64,000 bases of DNA from Tubiluchus corallicola (lineage: Eukaryota; Animalia; Priapulida). The stretch's first letter is position 1; every line of letters starts with the position of its first letter. The notes under the pieces were generated by a model that had not been told where the DNA came from, made no database searches, and saw only the letters and a program-made list of their open reading frames with translations. A program made the translations under genes and the position numbers. This document shows, in pieces, positions 50,801-63,250 of this stretch. Location of the stretch: NCBI GenBank assembly GCA_030141605.1, contig JAQGDQ010000162.1, positions 248,001 through 312,000 of the forward strand. Direction: 5' to 3'.

Positions 50801-53800
50801 TTTCGGGAGGCTACAAGATAAATACACTTGTTTTATGGTAAATACTCCCATTGCCCTTGAGCAGTTTGAAGGCCAAGTTAGCAGCTGGACACAAAAGTTA
50901 AGCCCCGGGGCCACCCTAGTTTCGTCTAGACACCGGTTGCTATAGCAACAGGTAGTAGGAGAATTCTGTTGCATAAAGTTTGCACCAAACTTGCATTGAG
51001 GTGATAAAACTGTATTTCGTTTGTCTTGGCGGATGCACAGTCTTCAGCAAACAGCTATATATTGGGAAAACACAACATAAATATTGTAGTTTTAGGTTAT
51101 AAATATCATCTTTTTTAGACCAGAATAATGCAACAAGTAGTGTTTTGGTGCTTTAAATTAGGTAAAAAATCCTTGGTAAATTAAAAAATTGATGTATGCT
51201 AAAGATCTACCAAGGTAAGTGAAATATTTTACACAAAGTAAATAAAGTCTTCATTAAAATGTAACATGCATTGTTAAATGTGAAATGATCAGCGTCCTTA
51301 AAACTAAGCTACACGGGGAGTCATTAAGCGAGAATTTACCGTATTTGTAAAAAACTGATGGGATATTCAAATCATCAGTTGCAACACATCTAATGACTTA
51401 AGTTTCTCTCACAAATTACTATAGTCAATGTTTTGGCTACTATTTTGCACTACACTGAAAATGTTAACGCTTGCCTTGAGATAATATATGGGAATTATGT
51501 AACTGTAACTGAAACTGTGATGAAATCTACAGGTGTCCATATGTACAATTATGAACACAATGTGTCCAAACGAAAAGCATGGTAGACTTACTTCTGCCAG
51601 GAAGCTGTCGTCTTCTCGAAGCACTATGCTTACATTCTGCGCAGCCATGAGAAGTCCGAGAGCGTTTGGTCTTTACCAGGCGCTTGTATACACGACTTGT
51701 TACATCATGCACCAGTTGACTTTTAAACTGTTTTAAATAAAATTTCAATAACATCAAAGGCTGACAATGTAGATTATTTCAGTTACCACCAAATTTTCTT
51801 GATTTCATTTATAGCAGTCGGATGCCTGCGACAAAAGTTCTTCTCTAGTAGGTGTTCCTACTAAGAAGTAGGCAGTGATTCAGCTTGTTTACTAAACAGT
51901 TGCTATGGTGACAGGAGTGTGGCAGTTAGTGTAAATGAAAGTGTCAACAGTGGCAAATGTTTTTATAAAATGGAACTAAAATAAAACAGAACTAGAATGT
52001 CAAATGTTCATTTTAAAATCTAGAACATAGATGATGCAGGATCAATATCTTTTTTCACAGTTATGACAGCTAATCTTGCCATACAACATCTATAAAAACA
52101 TTTCTCTACATTTTTCCAGGTTGCAAAAACCAGTAGGAAAACAACAGAAAATTTAATTTATATCCACTTCAATTCCATCTGGTGTAAAAACCAAATACCT
52201 CAACAAATTTCAATGTGTTCTTAACCATTTCTGTGAAACACTTCTCTCACTCATGATCTGAACAGACTAGAAAGCAATAATGCTTAAAGGTTTTTCAAGG
52301 TTTTTGGTAAAACATTATGCTACTTGCTACGTATCTGGCTTCCACAAAGTTTTGATTTAGCTGCAACAGTTAGGCCTGCATAAACAGTTGGGTTTCACAA
52401 CACAAACTGTGTTTCATTCAGGGGCATAGCCAGGTCCTAATGTTAGAGGGAGAAAGCACATAAAAAGGGATCATGACACATGAAGCAATTATATATTTGT
52501 CTATGCCACAACAATAATAACAAATGACAAGAATATATTATAATATTTAAATTAAGAGGTACTTGATCCTTGGTTCAATCAATTAACCTTGGTAAATGAG
52601 TTGCTCATTTCAAAAGCACGGGAGGCAGGTTGGTCAAATAAAGTAATAAAGCAGGCTGAAAATCCACCAATTTTGAAAAAAATGTGCTTAGGAGCAGTTG
52701 CTCTCCTTGCTCCCATATTAGCTATGCCACTTGTTTCATTGGTGAAGATAACAGCAGCATTTGAAATGTTTGGAGCTTTACTTACATAAATTATTTAAAT
52801 GTTTTAATGCAGTAGACTTAAAAAATGCAGATGCCTGTCTTTCGGCTTACAAGAACATTCTTAGTTAGACATCAAAATTGTGAGACTTATTTTGTCGATA
52901 TCATACATCCACGCACTTACCGCTGTCATATACTCGAGAAACCACGGCGGGGGTTGTCCCGACTCCAGACTACTTGTCGACAATGCTACAGAGCTACACC
53001 TGACCTCTTCTGCTAATCTGTCATCCGCATCAGGACCAGCGCATTCATGCACGGCATCATCCCCTCTTTCTGCTTCCGATAACTTAACATAATCCACGTC
53101 ATCCATCCCCGAGAGGAACATTTCGGAGCAGGTGTCGGATTCTCCACTTGGCGAGGTCATTTCTTCTAGTTCGGGCATGGAACAAAATGACTCGTCCGAG
53201 GAGTTTTCCAATGGAATCCAGTACCAGTGGCAAAGAGAATCCTGGTGAAAAGATGTTATTATATTATTACATGAACATTTAAACAAATGAAATCTAAACA
53301 TGTAAAAATAATCTTCTGAATATGACTGCACAAGCTGCAATACAATTTATGACATAACTAGAAGAATTAGAAAACCATGATTTTATAATATGATTCAAAC
53401 TAAATATTCAGTATTTTGAATTCGAACAGAGTTGGAAAGATTATTGAACCATGAGTGAAGACCGGTCTTACAAAGGTCAGGATTATTACTTGATTCTGTT
53501 CAACTACATACAATTTGTTTAAGAATTGAGCACAAAAAGCCCAGTTATGTTTCAAACATTTTACTGATAAAGAATGTATGAAGTTGAAGTGGTCTATAAT
53601 TTTAGGGTCGAATCAAATTCAAACTAAAAAAACTCCTTCGAGCTCAAACATTTGCTGCTCACCCCTATCTTACAATAATTCTACATATGTCATCTTCCAC
53701 ACCTTTTTCATTGAAAAGCTTTGTATCTGCTCCAAGTGTCTCCATGCAAGAGATATGCCGTTTGGGTGCAAAAAGTAACAACTAATAAAATTTCTAATTT

Positions 53801-55725
53801 CTTATGCTTCTTAGAAATGAATCGACTGTTCGAAGTACTAAGAATTATTAACATTAGAAGGATCAGGCACTGCAAATGACCCAGTTTTTGTGTGTCTCTG
53901 GAATCTCTGGAGGACATGTTCCTATTTTTTTTGTTACTTTTCCTAGTTTAGTACTAACTACTACTGCACAGTATTTCAGGAAAGAAATGCTACCTTGCTA
54001 AAAAGACGACTACCTAAAAGGACCATCTGCATAAACTGATGCCAATACATATTGTTTTATGTAAATCATCTCTATGTACTGACACTGCAATAGTTAATGC
54101 GAACGTGAATCAATTAACACACATATTGACATCTTATTGCGAGCTAAAAGCTTGTACTCTGAGCATTCTTCATTGTCAACTTTCAGTCAGGCCACCAGAC
54201 ACCTCGACTTATTACAGGTTCTCAAAGCACTGCGAAATCTGCTATTAGATGAGTCTGATAGAGACGATTCAAATGATGAGACGGAAGCAGTCTTAGAAAA
54301 TGCATTGGAAGCAAGAGAGTCGTCTTCAGAGCCTTCTTCTGCCCATTCTGATGACCATGACACAACTGAACATTGAAGGGACTATGCAAGGTACTATGTA
54401 GAGGTAGCAGAAGGAACAATGGTGTTTAACCAGACATTGGTTTTCAATTAGGCTACGTGACATTTGTCTTTAGTAAATTTGTCTTAAGCTACATGACACT
54501 GTAATTAGTAAGAAGAGATGCTATTGATAAGATGCCATTGAATTGCTTTATGTAAGCAAAAGCAACAAACAAGAACAGCACAAAATAAAAGTTGATCAAG
54601 CATAAATTTTGAAGTTATTACCTACAGGTATAGTCTTAATTTATTTTTCCTTGACTCAATGCACTTAATACAAAAACATACAAATAAAAGAAAAATATTA
54701 TGTTAGTGGTATAGAAGACTGGGCAGTACGAAGGACCATGTGGGTCATAAACGTAAAGAAGTTAAAGTGCCCATTAAGTCTCAACTTTTTTTATTTTTCA
54801 CAGAAGTTTTCGTCCTTCAAAAAATAAAAAATGTAATAGTCACTTTGACTTCCCTACGATTATGACCATTGCAAGTCTCTGAAGAGCTCTATCTTATTTA
54901 CTAACTAAGGACCATGTGGGTCATCTAGCGTGTGGTCATCAAGTCAGCTACCTAGTACGTTTCAGACAAGTGAGTTACCTTTTCTCTATCAGTATCACAA
55001 TTAGCGGGAGTACTGTTGCCAACGTCATTTATACAGCCAGTGACTGGAGATGCATGTCCATTAATGAATGCATTAGCAATTTGTGCAGGGTTGTTACTCG
55101 AATGCATAGAATGTGCTTTCTTGTCTTGCACAGTAATTTCAGCTATGCTTGTGTACCTTTGTGCCGGTGTCTATTAAAAACAACAAATAATTAAATCATT
55201 ATGCAAAATTCAATCGAATGTTTTATAATGAAAGAAAGGAATAGTCAAATGATTGGCATTTTCAACAGTGATGCTGCTTTTCCTAGGGAAATATTTTTGA
55301 GTCTGGTGCAACATGCGCGATCCATAATTTTTGATTATGTTGTTCTTTTTGTTTATTATCATACGCTGACAAATTTTAGCTTCTAACGAAATGCATTTCA
55401 AAATAAAGCCTAGTATGAGTTAGTTTCAAGTGAGCATAATAACCTGGCTTTCTGGTCTAGGTGGCTCCACTTTTCTTTCCTCACGAGGCACTGACGACAA
55501 TGTGGAAGATTTATTATGTGCTTTATCTTTCAGAGATCCTCCTATATGAACGCAAAGAAAAAATAAGAAATCATCAATAAATCAGAAACAGGACAGCAGA
55601 CAACACAGTCTAACCTGCAAGTTAGCAAGCCAAACAGGAATAGTTAAAATGACATTTTTGTTTTATGTTTAGTAATTATTGCAACGTAAAAATAGCGAGT
55701 GAGCAGGAGAGAGAAAAGGAGAGAA

Positions 55726-55790
<65 letters not shown>

Positions 55791-58700
55791 AGAGAGAGAG
55801 AGAGAGACAGACACAGAGAGAGAGAGAGACAGAGAGAAAGAGAGAGAGACAGAGAGAGAGAAAGGGAGGAGAGGGAGAACAACAGAAAGAGGAAAGCAGG
55901 CAACAACAGTAAGTAATAGAGAGAGAACACTGAGAGAGATGGCATCTCACCTGTTGGCTTAGATTTTGAAGACTGTGACACAGCACTATTGGCATGTCTG
56001 GTATCATAGTAATCTTGATCGAACATGTAAACTTTCATGTTCAGAGGCATATCAATATGGTGTCTTGCTATTAGCTGAAAAATAATTCCAGTAATATACA
56101 ATTATTTATTATAATTTATTTATAATATTGTACCATTAAAAATAATTGTTCGGTTGGCCAATTTATTTAACGGCAGCATAAATTATCATTTTTTAATTGG
56201 TTACATTAATCTAATGTTGTTAACGAAGAGTAATAATTCTTATTAAACATGAGTAAAAATTAAACGAGTCTTATATGGGCCTTTCTCCAAATGTTGAAAA
56301 AAGCCCGGCATAAAGCCTAAGTATTATGATGGACCAACTTTGAACTGATGAATTTAATCCTAGGTAAGTTACTGATCTCCTGAAATACGGAATACAAGAT
56401 TTCCAAACGACTGGCAAAATACACAAAAATGAAGGTGTTTTCTTTCTACTCCTTCAATAATTCGTCAATGAAACGCATCAGACTGAGATGATCTGTAAAC
56501 ATTATAGAGTTAAGCGAGGAATTCGAGAAATGCGAGAAAAGGAAAAGCAGGCCAAGCAGCAGAATTAATAATCAAATTTCAATAAAATATGGTAGTTGTT
56601 TTTACTGTGTTAGATCTTATGAGTTAGATGTATACATCTAGGCTTCAGGAATTAACTTGTTACTCATCTCTCCCTCGCTGCTGTTGCTGTTGTTTGAAGT
56701 GACTGAAGAACTGCCTTAGAGAATTCGTAACTAATGGCCACAAACTTCAACTGGATGATAGCAGGACATAATGTATGTGAAACCAGATATCAGTGCAACT
56801 TTAAATTCATAGCAGGTACTCTAAAGGCCTTCTTCACAAAGGCGTGACATAGAGGGAATATTGTTGTTGATTAATTTTATAAGTGACCAGACAGTATTGG
56901 CAGACCGATCTAACAAAGGTCTTTTATTTGTGCATTAAGCAAACTCGATCAACACGGTGAAATGAAAGATAAATTAACTACATTGATCTGTTTGACATTT
57001 TTTCTTTCTTTTTAAAATGAAATTTTATTATGAAATTGAAAATGACAGCATTGTGGATGACAATGTGAAACGTTTTTGTGAAAATATAATCAATAATCAA
57101 TTTAGTGCATACACGCAAATAGCTTAGGTTTGTGTACATTGAAATGACATAATAATGCCAAAGAGGACAAAGAAAAATTGCCTACAATGTAACTGTACAG
57201 TGGAATCTTGGCAGCCATGCTTTTGCATGCTGGAACATTGGAAATTAACCTAGAGACAAATTACTTTTACAGAACATCCCTCTTCCTCCTAGGTTGGTCG
57301 TCGACAGTAGATGCAATCACATCGCGGCTAATGGTGTTAATTCCAAAGATTGTCCTTATTACTCTAGTATATGATGATACCAACTGTTGAAGATTTTGAC
57401 TTACAATTATTTACAATTGATCATGTGGGGAGCACCCTACAAAATGTCTCGTTTGTTTAATAAAAGTATTAACCTAGAGAATAATAGAAAACACTAATCA
57501 ACATCAAAACCTGTTCCAGATGCTCAAGTTTAACACATACAAGATTCAAAAGCATAGCAATGAGCAAAAAAGTACCATAGTTGTGCTATCTCTGGGTGTT
57601 TTAACTAATGATACAATAAGACAGCTAATAAGAAATTGCGTGGAAAAATCCATGATTTACATTCACTGTTAAATCAGAAAATTTTATAATTAATTCATAA
57701 TTTTGAAATGCCATACTGTTGAATCTTTGTTAATTACAAAATTTTCTGATTTAACAGTGAGCCTAAATCATAGATTTCCCCCCACATAATTTATCATTAG
57801 TTTAGCTATGTTTACATAAATAAACATATTGCAATTACTGTCCACTACACGAAACCTAAAAGCAAAGAATATCAAAAAAGTATGAGTCACTTACAGACAA
57901 AGCTTCTGCAAGTTCTGCTTCACTATTCACAGACACCTATAAATATTTATAAATGGTAATGTTAAAAATGCATTTGAACAATTTTAGCATAACAATGCTT
58001 ATGATATCAATATATATATTGAAAGTTTGACTAATGTATGCATGTAGACGATGAACATTTAACCTTGAGTTGCATATCACTGGTGAGCTAGAAAAAAAAT
58101 TGGGGCAACTTGTTTCAAAAAAGTTTCCAATTTTTTCCAAAGTTTTTTAACATAGTCATCTGTGTCCAAATGTCGGAACGAGTTTACAATTCCCCACACA
58201 ATGTAAACACACTAACCCTAAGCCTAGCCCTAACCTTTACCATATCCGAATCAAACCCTAACCTCCAACCTAATTCTAATCTGCTTCACGAACTAATCTC
58301 TTGTATGTGGGGAATTGTAAACTTTAGCTCAAATGTCATACCACAAGCCTCATAAATAAGTAAAAAAGTTCAAGAATAAAAATATCTGTTTTGCACATTT
58401 TGCACAAGTGGAGTCAGAAGCAGCCAACTTAATTTGTGCTGGCTGTTGCTAAAGGCACCTCTTGGCACCGCTGGAAAAACCACCACAATTTCCAGGATTA
58501 AAAATGCACATAAAAAGAAAGTGGAGAAGCAAAAGGGTGGAGACTTAAGAGTTGCAGGTTGGACTCTCGCCTTTGGTCTATATAACTGTGAAGTTTTACG
58601 CTTTGCTTTGTGGCGAAAAAGTCACTAAAAGTTAAAATGCCACGTTATGCATGTGACATTTCTAGAAAAATGATAATTTCTTGTATAATCAACATGGTGA

Positions 58701-61700
58701 TAGCTAAAATTTATATGTTCTTTGTCGAAAATTGGAAGCCAAGACACTTCTAAGGTTGATTTGGTAAAATAATGTACTAAACAATTATAAAAAAAAATCA
58801 AATTTGCGTACATGAAATCAAAATATAAAAACTAAACTACATTTACACTGTTACTTGTCACGTACAGTGCAAGTATGATTCAATTCACACAAAACTGGGA
58901 AAGTGCACATACTACAAAAGGTTCTTTGGCATCATGGGAGCTACAATAATTTTACTCTATTACTAACTACTATATCAGTAAAGACAGGATCTTCTCTATG
59001 TTCAAAGGCAAGTTAAACTGGAAATTTTCATGACTCATAGTCACGCAGCAACTGAACTCAATTTTCATCAAATATTTAAGCAGTAACCAGCCACAAACAC
59101 AAGCAATATGAGTAAAACTAGTACATATGCTGCATCTGTTATAGCAAGTAGCCTGCAGGTACAATATACATAGCAACCTTGAAAACAGTGAAATGAGGCA
59201 ATATAGCAGTGCATTGCATTAGACCAGTGAAATCTTGCTTGTTGTATTATTGTGCATGTGCGTGTGTGTGTGCACATATGATGCAGGTGCACATGGGTGC
59301 ATGCAGAAGAAAGGGGATGAAAAAAGCTGAAGATGGCAAAATTCACCGGCTATATAGACCTGCCATTTGATTAAATTTACCTGCTCATGACGCACAGATA
59401 ACTGCTTTCTGACGCATGTCATGAGCAAGTCATAAAAATGACTTTGTTATAAATAACATTTAGTTCACTGTTGTTGACCTTAGGAATGGCAAATATTACT
59501 TCACCCAGATGATTAGAAGTCATGACAAAAATTATTGCTGAGCTGCCGAGTAAATCATTTGTTTGCAAAAGGTAAACTCAACCTATGTGAGGCACATTTT
59601 TAATACTTAACCATTTCACTACGTAGTTGTTGCTTTTTAACTGGGCCAATTGCGTTTTGCACATTTGACAAATAACATCTTGTGGTGTGTTACTAAAACA
59701 ATCTTGTAAATAAACAAATAGTCATCTGTTACTCAACACAAATATTGAATACTAGTTTTATTTGCACACATGCACACACATATGTGCACATGTGCATGCA
59801 CTCACACACTCACGTGCAAGCAAACTTATTTTTAGTAACCAATTTTCACAGACATCATAATACTAATCCTTATTATGCAATCATTTTATAAGAAATGCAG
59901 AACCAGCCACTAAACATATGTTTCACCATCCACCAGCAAGTCATTTTGTGTGAGAACATACCATATAATATAGTATTGTGGAATGCATCTGACTTCAGAT
60001 GCTTATTGGCTGGGGTAGCTTTACTTGTTGCAAAGCAACCCCAATCCCATGGATGTTAAACTTTTCCACAATGTTTTCGCATGGTCATAGTAACAAAACA
60101 AACAGACCTGAGTGACTGTGCTTAGTGCTGAGCTTGGGCGGTAGTCTACTGCCTTCTGTTCTTTACACAAAGCACACAGGCAGCAGTGTACCGCCTTCCA
60201 AAGTAAAAGGGTTGTTTAAGTTGACGATAAGAAGAATTCTAATGAATTCTTCAGTAACAAAGAGTCAAAGACAGAATCATTAACACCAGTTAGCCTTCAA
60301 TAATTTTCTAGTGCAGCTGTCTGGTTTTCTATTTTTACTTATACACGCACATATATAAATATAATATATATATATATATGGAGAAAACGAAATACACCGG
60401 TACTGCTGATAGCAGCTAATTAATTATACTAGTTAACTCATGTAATAATACTAGCTTACTTAATTATGTTACTAGTATGTATCTAATTATACTAATTATC
60501 CGTACAAATTTTTCATAGACGGAAACAGCAAGTTGGTAACAAGGCACAGTTCATGCAAAACATGTTATAACTGCTAAAATTCCTGAATGTTCATCAACAC
60601 AAAATTGTACTTTGCCAGACGTAGCCCTCAATCGCAGGGTCTACTCAACACAGACTATCTCATTCTCTATGGGAAAAACCCAAACTAGTACAGATATTTT
60701 AGCCCGTACAGATTATTGGCCATATCACACTACTACAATATTGCAAGAAAAAAGACAAAATCGTAAAAAAAGTAAAAGCACGTGACCTTACCTCGTCATC
60801 TTCTTCGTCCAAGTATGTCACAGCAAGACTTTCAATGCCATGATGAAGTTTTAGCTGAAATGACCACAAAGCTATTGACACAATAAACCAGGAGAAAATG
60901 ATATAATAACTTAAAAGAAAACTGCCTGAAGAAAAATATGTATTAGTTAAAGTTAGAACAGCCTTACAGCAACTGAGTATAAGAAAGATACGAATTTCCT
61001 TTTCTAAACTGCACCATATTTTATATGGAAAAACCAAAAAAAATTGAATTAGATTGCTTTAAGTCTGGAGGAACATTTGCTAGATTTTCTGATTGTGTGG
61101 TCATTCATATACCAAACAGCAATTAAATTTATGATAGAGGATATTCTATGGCAAAAAAGGAGCAACTGATACATGACGTAATAAGATCCAGTGTAGAGAA
61201 TGGCTTGCAATTGAAATTTGATCCTCCACAATGCTAGATTGGTTAGAAAGGGCAGACTTACAGATATTCAGTTAGCGTAAAGTAAATTTATTTGTTCCTT
61301 GTATAAAACATTAAAAAACACAATGCGCTGAAACAACAGTGCGTAAAGAATAATTTTGCTTATCATGTTTCTTTGCAATTACAACAAATGGAGCCACTGT
61401 CATTTCATACTGCAACTGACCGAGCAAACAGGCATCCAAAATACACTTACAATGGACAGTCACAATAGCGTTGTAACAATACACCTAACTCACGATGAGA
61501 CACATATCACACTAATAACCTCTTGCTACAATATGCACCTGAGTTGATATTTGCAGACTTTACAAAAAATTAAATGAAGTCATTGATAATAGATGCTAAA
61601 CAAATTTTATCAAACAGCAGTTTTAGGACTGCTAAATGATAAAATAATTCAGTAGGCTATTGTTTGCATTGTAAGCTGCCAGAAAGACACAAAGATTTAA

Positions 61701-62867
61701 AAGTTGCAAGTGCATTTTCTGGTTTACTTTTGACATTTTGCCAGCAAAAAACGTAATTAGCCTACTACAGATTAAACAAACACCTTAAATTGTCAACTGG
61801 TTTCTTTCGCTACTAGCAGTGCCTGTGTCAAGTCAATTACTGCTCACTGCACTAATTGACAGATATTTACAATACAGCCTGCAGCCGCAGCTTGAATTAC
61901 TTCAAATCGTTTTCATCAGCATATGGTCAAGCGAATGCTATTTTTGCAAATATTATTGACCTATTATCACGATGCTGGTACATTTTTTGGGAAAACAAAT
62001 ATCATAATAAAAGATATCACGATACATCGTCACAGCGATGTTTCGTTACAGGCCTAGTCATCAACGATCATTACTAACATATAACAGCAACATTATAAAT
62101 GCTTCACATAATGATGTAGCCACACAATACAGTTATGCATTTGTGAACCAAAACAATACAAGTCCACTAAACTTTCCAAACAACTAATATCCATCAATTT
62201 ATCATGTTTGTGTTACAAATTAAATGCAATATTTTAACAACTTGCTGTCAATTGTTGTATGTGTCACTTTGCCTTACGATTCTCCATTGTTATCACACGA
62301 AAACTGTCTAAATTAAAAGGTGTTAATTAAAACAAATCATATCCTGTTTGAAACTTATGCATCAATTTCAATCAGTTAAACGCTGAGCTTGAGATTTTGC
62401 AGTTGATTTCATGGTCTCGTTATTAGCACACCCACAAACAGTTGACATCAACAGCTGACCGATTTCACGGTCATGTCCTTTTACTTTGTATAGAACAATA
62501 GAAAAAAATCTTGTCTAAAATTGCAACTTTAGTAAGATTATGGTCAATTCCTTACGATGATGATGTTTTGAATTTAGTTTTTTTGAGAATATTAAATTGG
62601 ACTGTTAATTTCGTTTTGAATATCAGTATATTGAATTTTTTCAGTATTTAATGCTATTGATCTACTTGAATTAGCTCCTTAAACGTAAAAATTGTTTACC
62701 ATAAGTTCCAAATCCCGCCACGTTATTGTAGAAGGCAACGTCCAAACTTCAGATGAAGAAGCACAATTGGGATCGTCATTACGGAATTTTGATGCGTTGC
62801 TTTTACCCAGATTGCCTTCACCAAATTTTACCACAGAAAACGAAATGTCAATCAGACTTGCAGACAT
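32833..62867 (-). CDS. NBR1: Selective autophagy receptor NBR1 (PB1-ZZ-FW-LIR-UBA), about 20-23 coding exons, at least ~1357 aa in the minimal in-frame model
   Basis: In-phase GT-AG exons: 62700-62867, 60792-60854 (TYLDEEDDE, PB1 OPCA), 57895-57936, 55951-56074, 55444-55541, 52921-53241 (PPPWFLEYM), 51592-51727, 49286-49594 (ZZ: C..C...I.G.RYKC..C.DF.LC..C), 47585-47822 (Lys-rich coil), 46095-46280, 45727-45856 + 44142-44256 + 43086-43846 (FW: DESIPDG..MKPGSRFIKHWRVMNNG..W; SHWTL...FGHRLW), 42304-42475, 40162-40362 (LIR DSDYIVVNLPLCFD), 39167-39328, 38160-38402, 35106-35302, 33464-33765 and 32833-32938 (UBA: LLDMGFCNRDLNKRLL..H..DI.KV..ELL...NNW). Additional probable exons ~37515-37692, 36791-36995 and 35896-35935 could not be joined unambiguously. 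Confidence 0.92.
33832..34840. repeat. 26-bp minisatellite, ~38 copies, in an NBR1 intron
   Basis: Unit TATCAAGGCAAAGCTTCACACTATAC repeated head-to-tail with few substitutions. Confidence 0.97.
39466..39904. mobile_element. TIR-bounded non-autonomous element, family B copy 1
   Basis: AATAAGCCTTTTCACAG...TTGTGAAAAAAGTTTATT termini. Aligns along its length with the reverse complement of 46401-46992. Confidence 0.75.
40390..40479. mobile_element. Short MITE-like element with internal (TTAGGG)3
   Basis: AGTTTACAATTCCCC...GGGGAACTGTAAGCT inverted termini. Related copy in the opposite orientation at 58181-58323. Confidence 0.75.
41603..42251. mobile_element. Non-autonomous hAT element, family A copy 2
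   Basis: CAGAGGCGTTGCAAG...CTTGCTACGCTACTG TIRs, flanks CGCATTTA/TGCATTTA. Homologous to 13028-13634. Confidence 0.85.
46401..46992. mobile_element. TIR-bounded non-autonomous element, family B copy 2 (carries a nested insertion)
   Basis: AATAACCTTTTTCGCAG...CTGTGAAAAGGCTTATT termini. Inverted homolog of 39466-39904. Confidence 0.75.
46546..46710 (+). mobile_element. Short non-LTR retroelement 3' fragment
   Basis: Absent from the sister copy, flanked by the direct repeat TTAGTAACA (46537-46545, 46711-46719), and ends in an (ATG)n tail. Confidence 0.65.
52419..52732. mobile_element. hAT-type MITE
   Basis: CAGGGGCATAGC...GCTATGCCACTT termini with perfect 8-bp TSD GTTTCATT. Confidence 0.8.
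55706..55870. repeat. (GA)n / (GACA) compound microsatellite
   Basis: Long GA dinucleotide run in an NBR1 intron. Confidence 0.97.
57625..57799. repeat. Long inverted repeat (foldback MITE-like)
   Basis: ATGATTTACATTCACTGTTAAATCAGAAAATTTTATAATTAA pairs with TTAATTACAAAATTTTCTGATTTAACAGTGAGCCTAAATCAT. Arms ~65 bp. Confidence 0.8.
58181..58323. mobile_element. MITE-like element with degenerate (CCCTAA)n
   Basis: AGTTTACAATTCCCCACA...TGTGGGGAATTGTAAACT perfect 18-bp TIR. Shares TAATCTGCTTCACGAA with the reverse complement of 40390-40479. Confidence 0.8.
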
Positions 62868-63105
62868 AGCTAAAGGTACTATTGTAACTTATCAAACTAT
62901 TTGCTACTAAAGTAAAATTTAGAGAGAAATTCAAAATAATGATAATATCAAGGTACAAAAATTTTTTCCTTATGTTTCTTCTGTGTTTACAAACCAGCCG
63001 TTTGACTCTGTCAAAATGCGCTCAATAAAAAGTTCTAAGAAGAAAAATAACTTTACAATTTCTGATATGTATTTTGATTTTTCTAAAACGTTAGTCAGAA
63101 CTTAC

Positions 63106-63250
63106 CATTGGAGATGTGACAACATTTCACTTATGACAACATAAACAAAAGATCAGAAAAATGCAAATTTCAAAAAACTTACTAATAACAAGTCCGTCCG
63201 CTGTATTATACCGCAACCTATTTTTAGCTTGTGAGTTACATGATCAGGTG
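63106..63250 (-). other. Candidate non-coding first exon of NBR1 (5' boundary approximate)
   Basis: Donor ATG|GTAAGT at 63105 and acceptor CCTTTAG at 62870, 2 nt before the ATG. Confidence 0.45.

Noticed and set aside
55665-56101. ER-repeat and LS-repeat ORFs
   Set aside because: Translations of the (GA)n microsatellite; only 55951-56074 is a real NBR1 exon.
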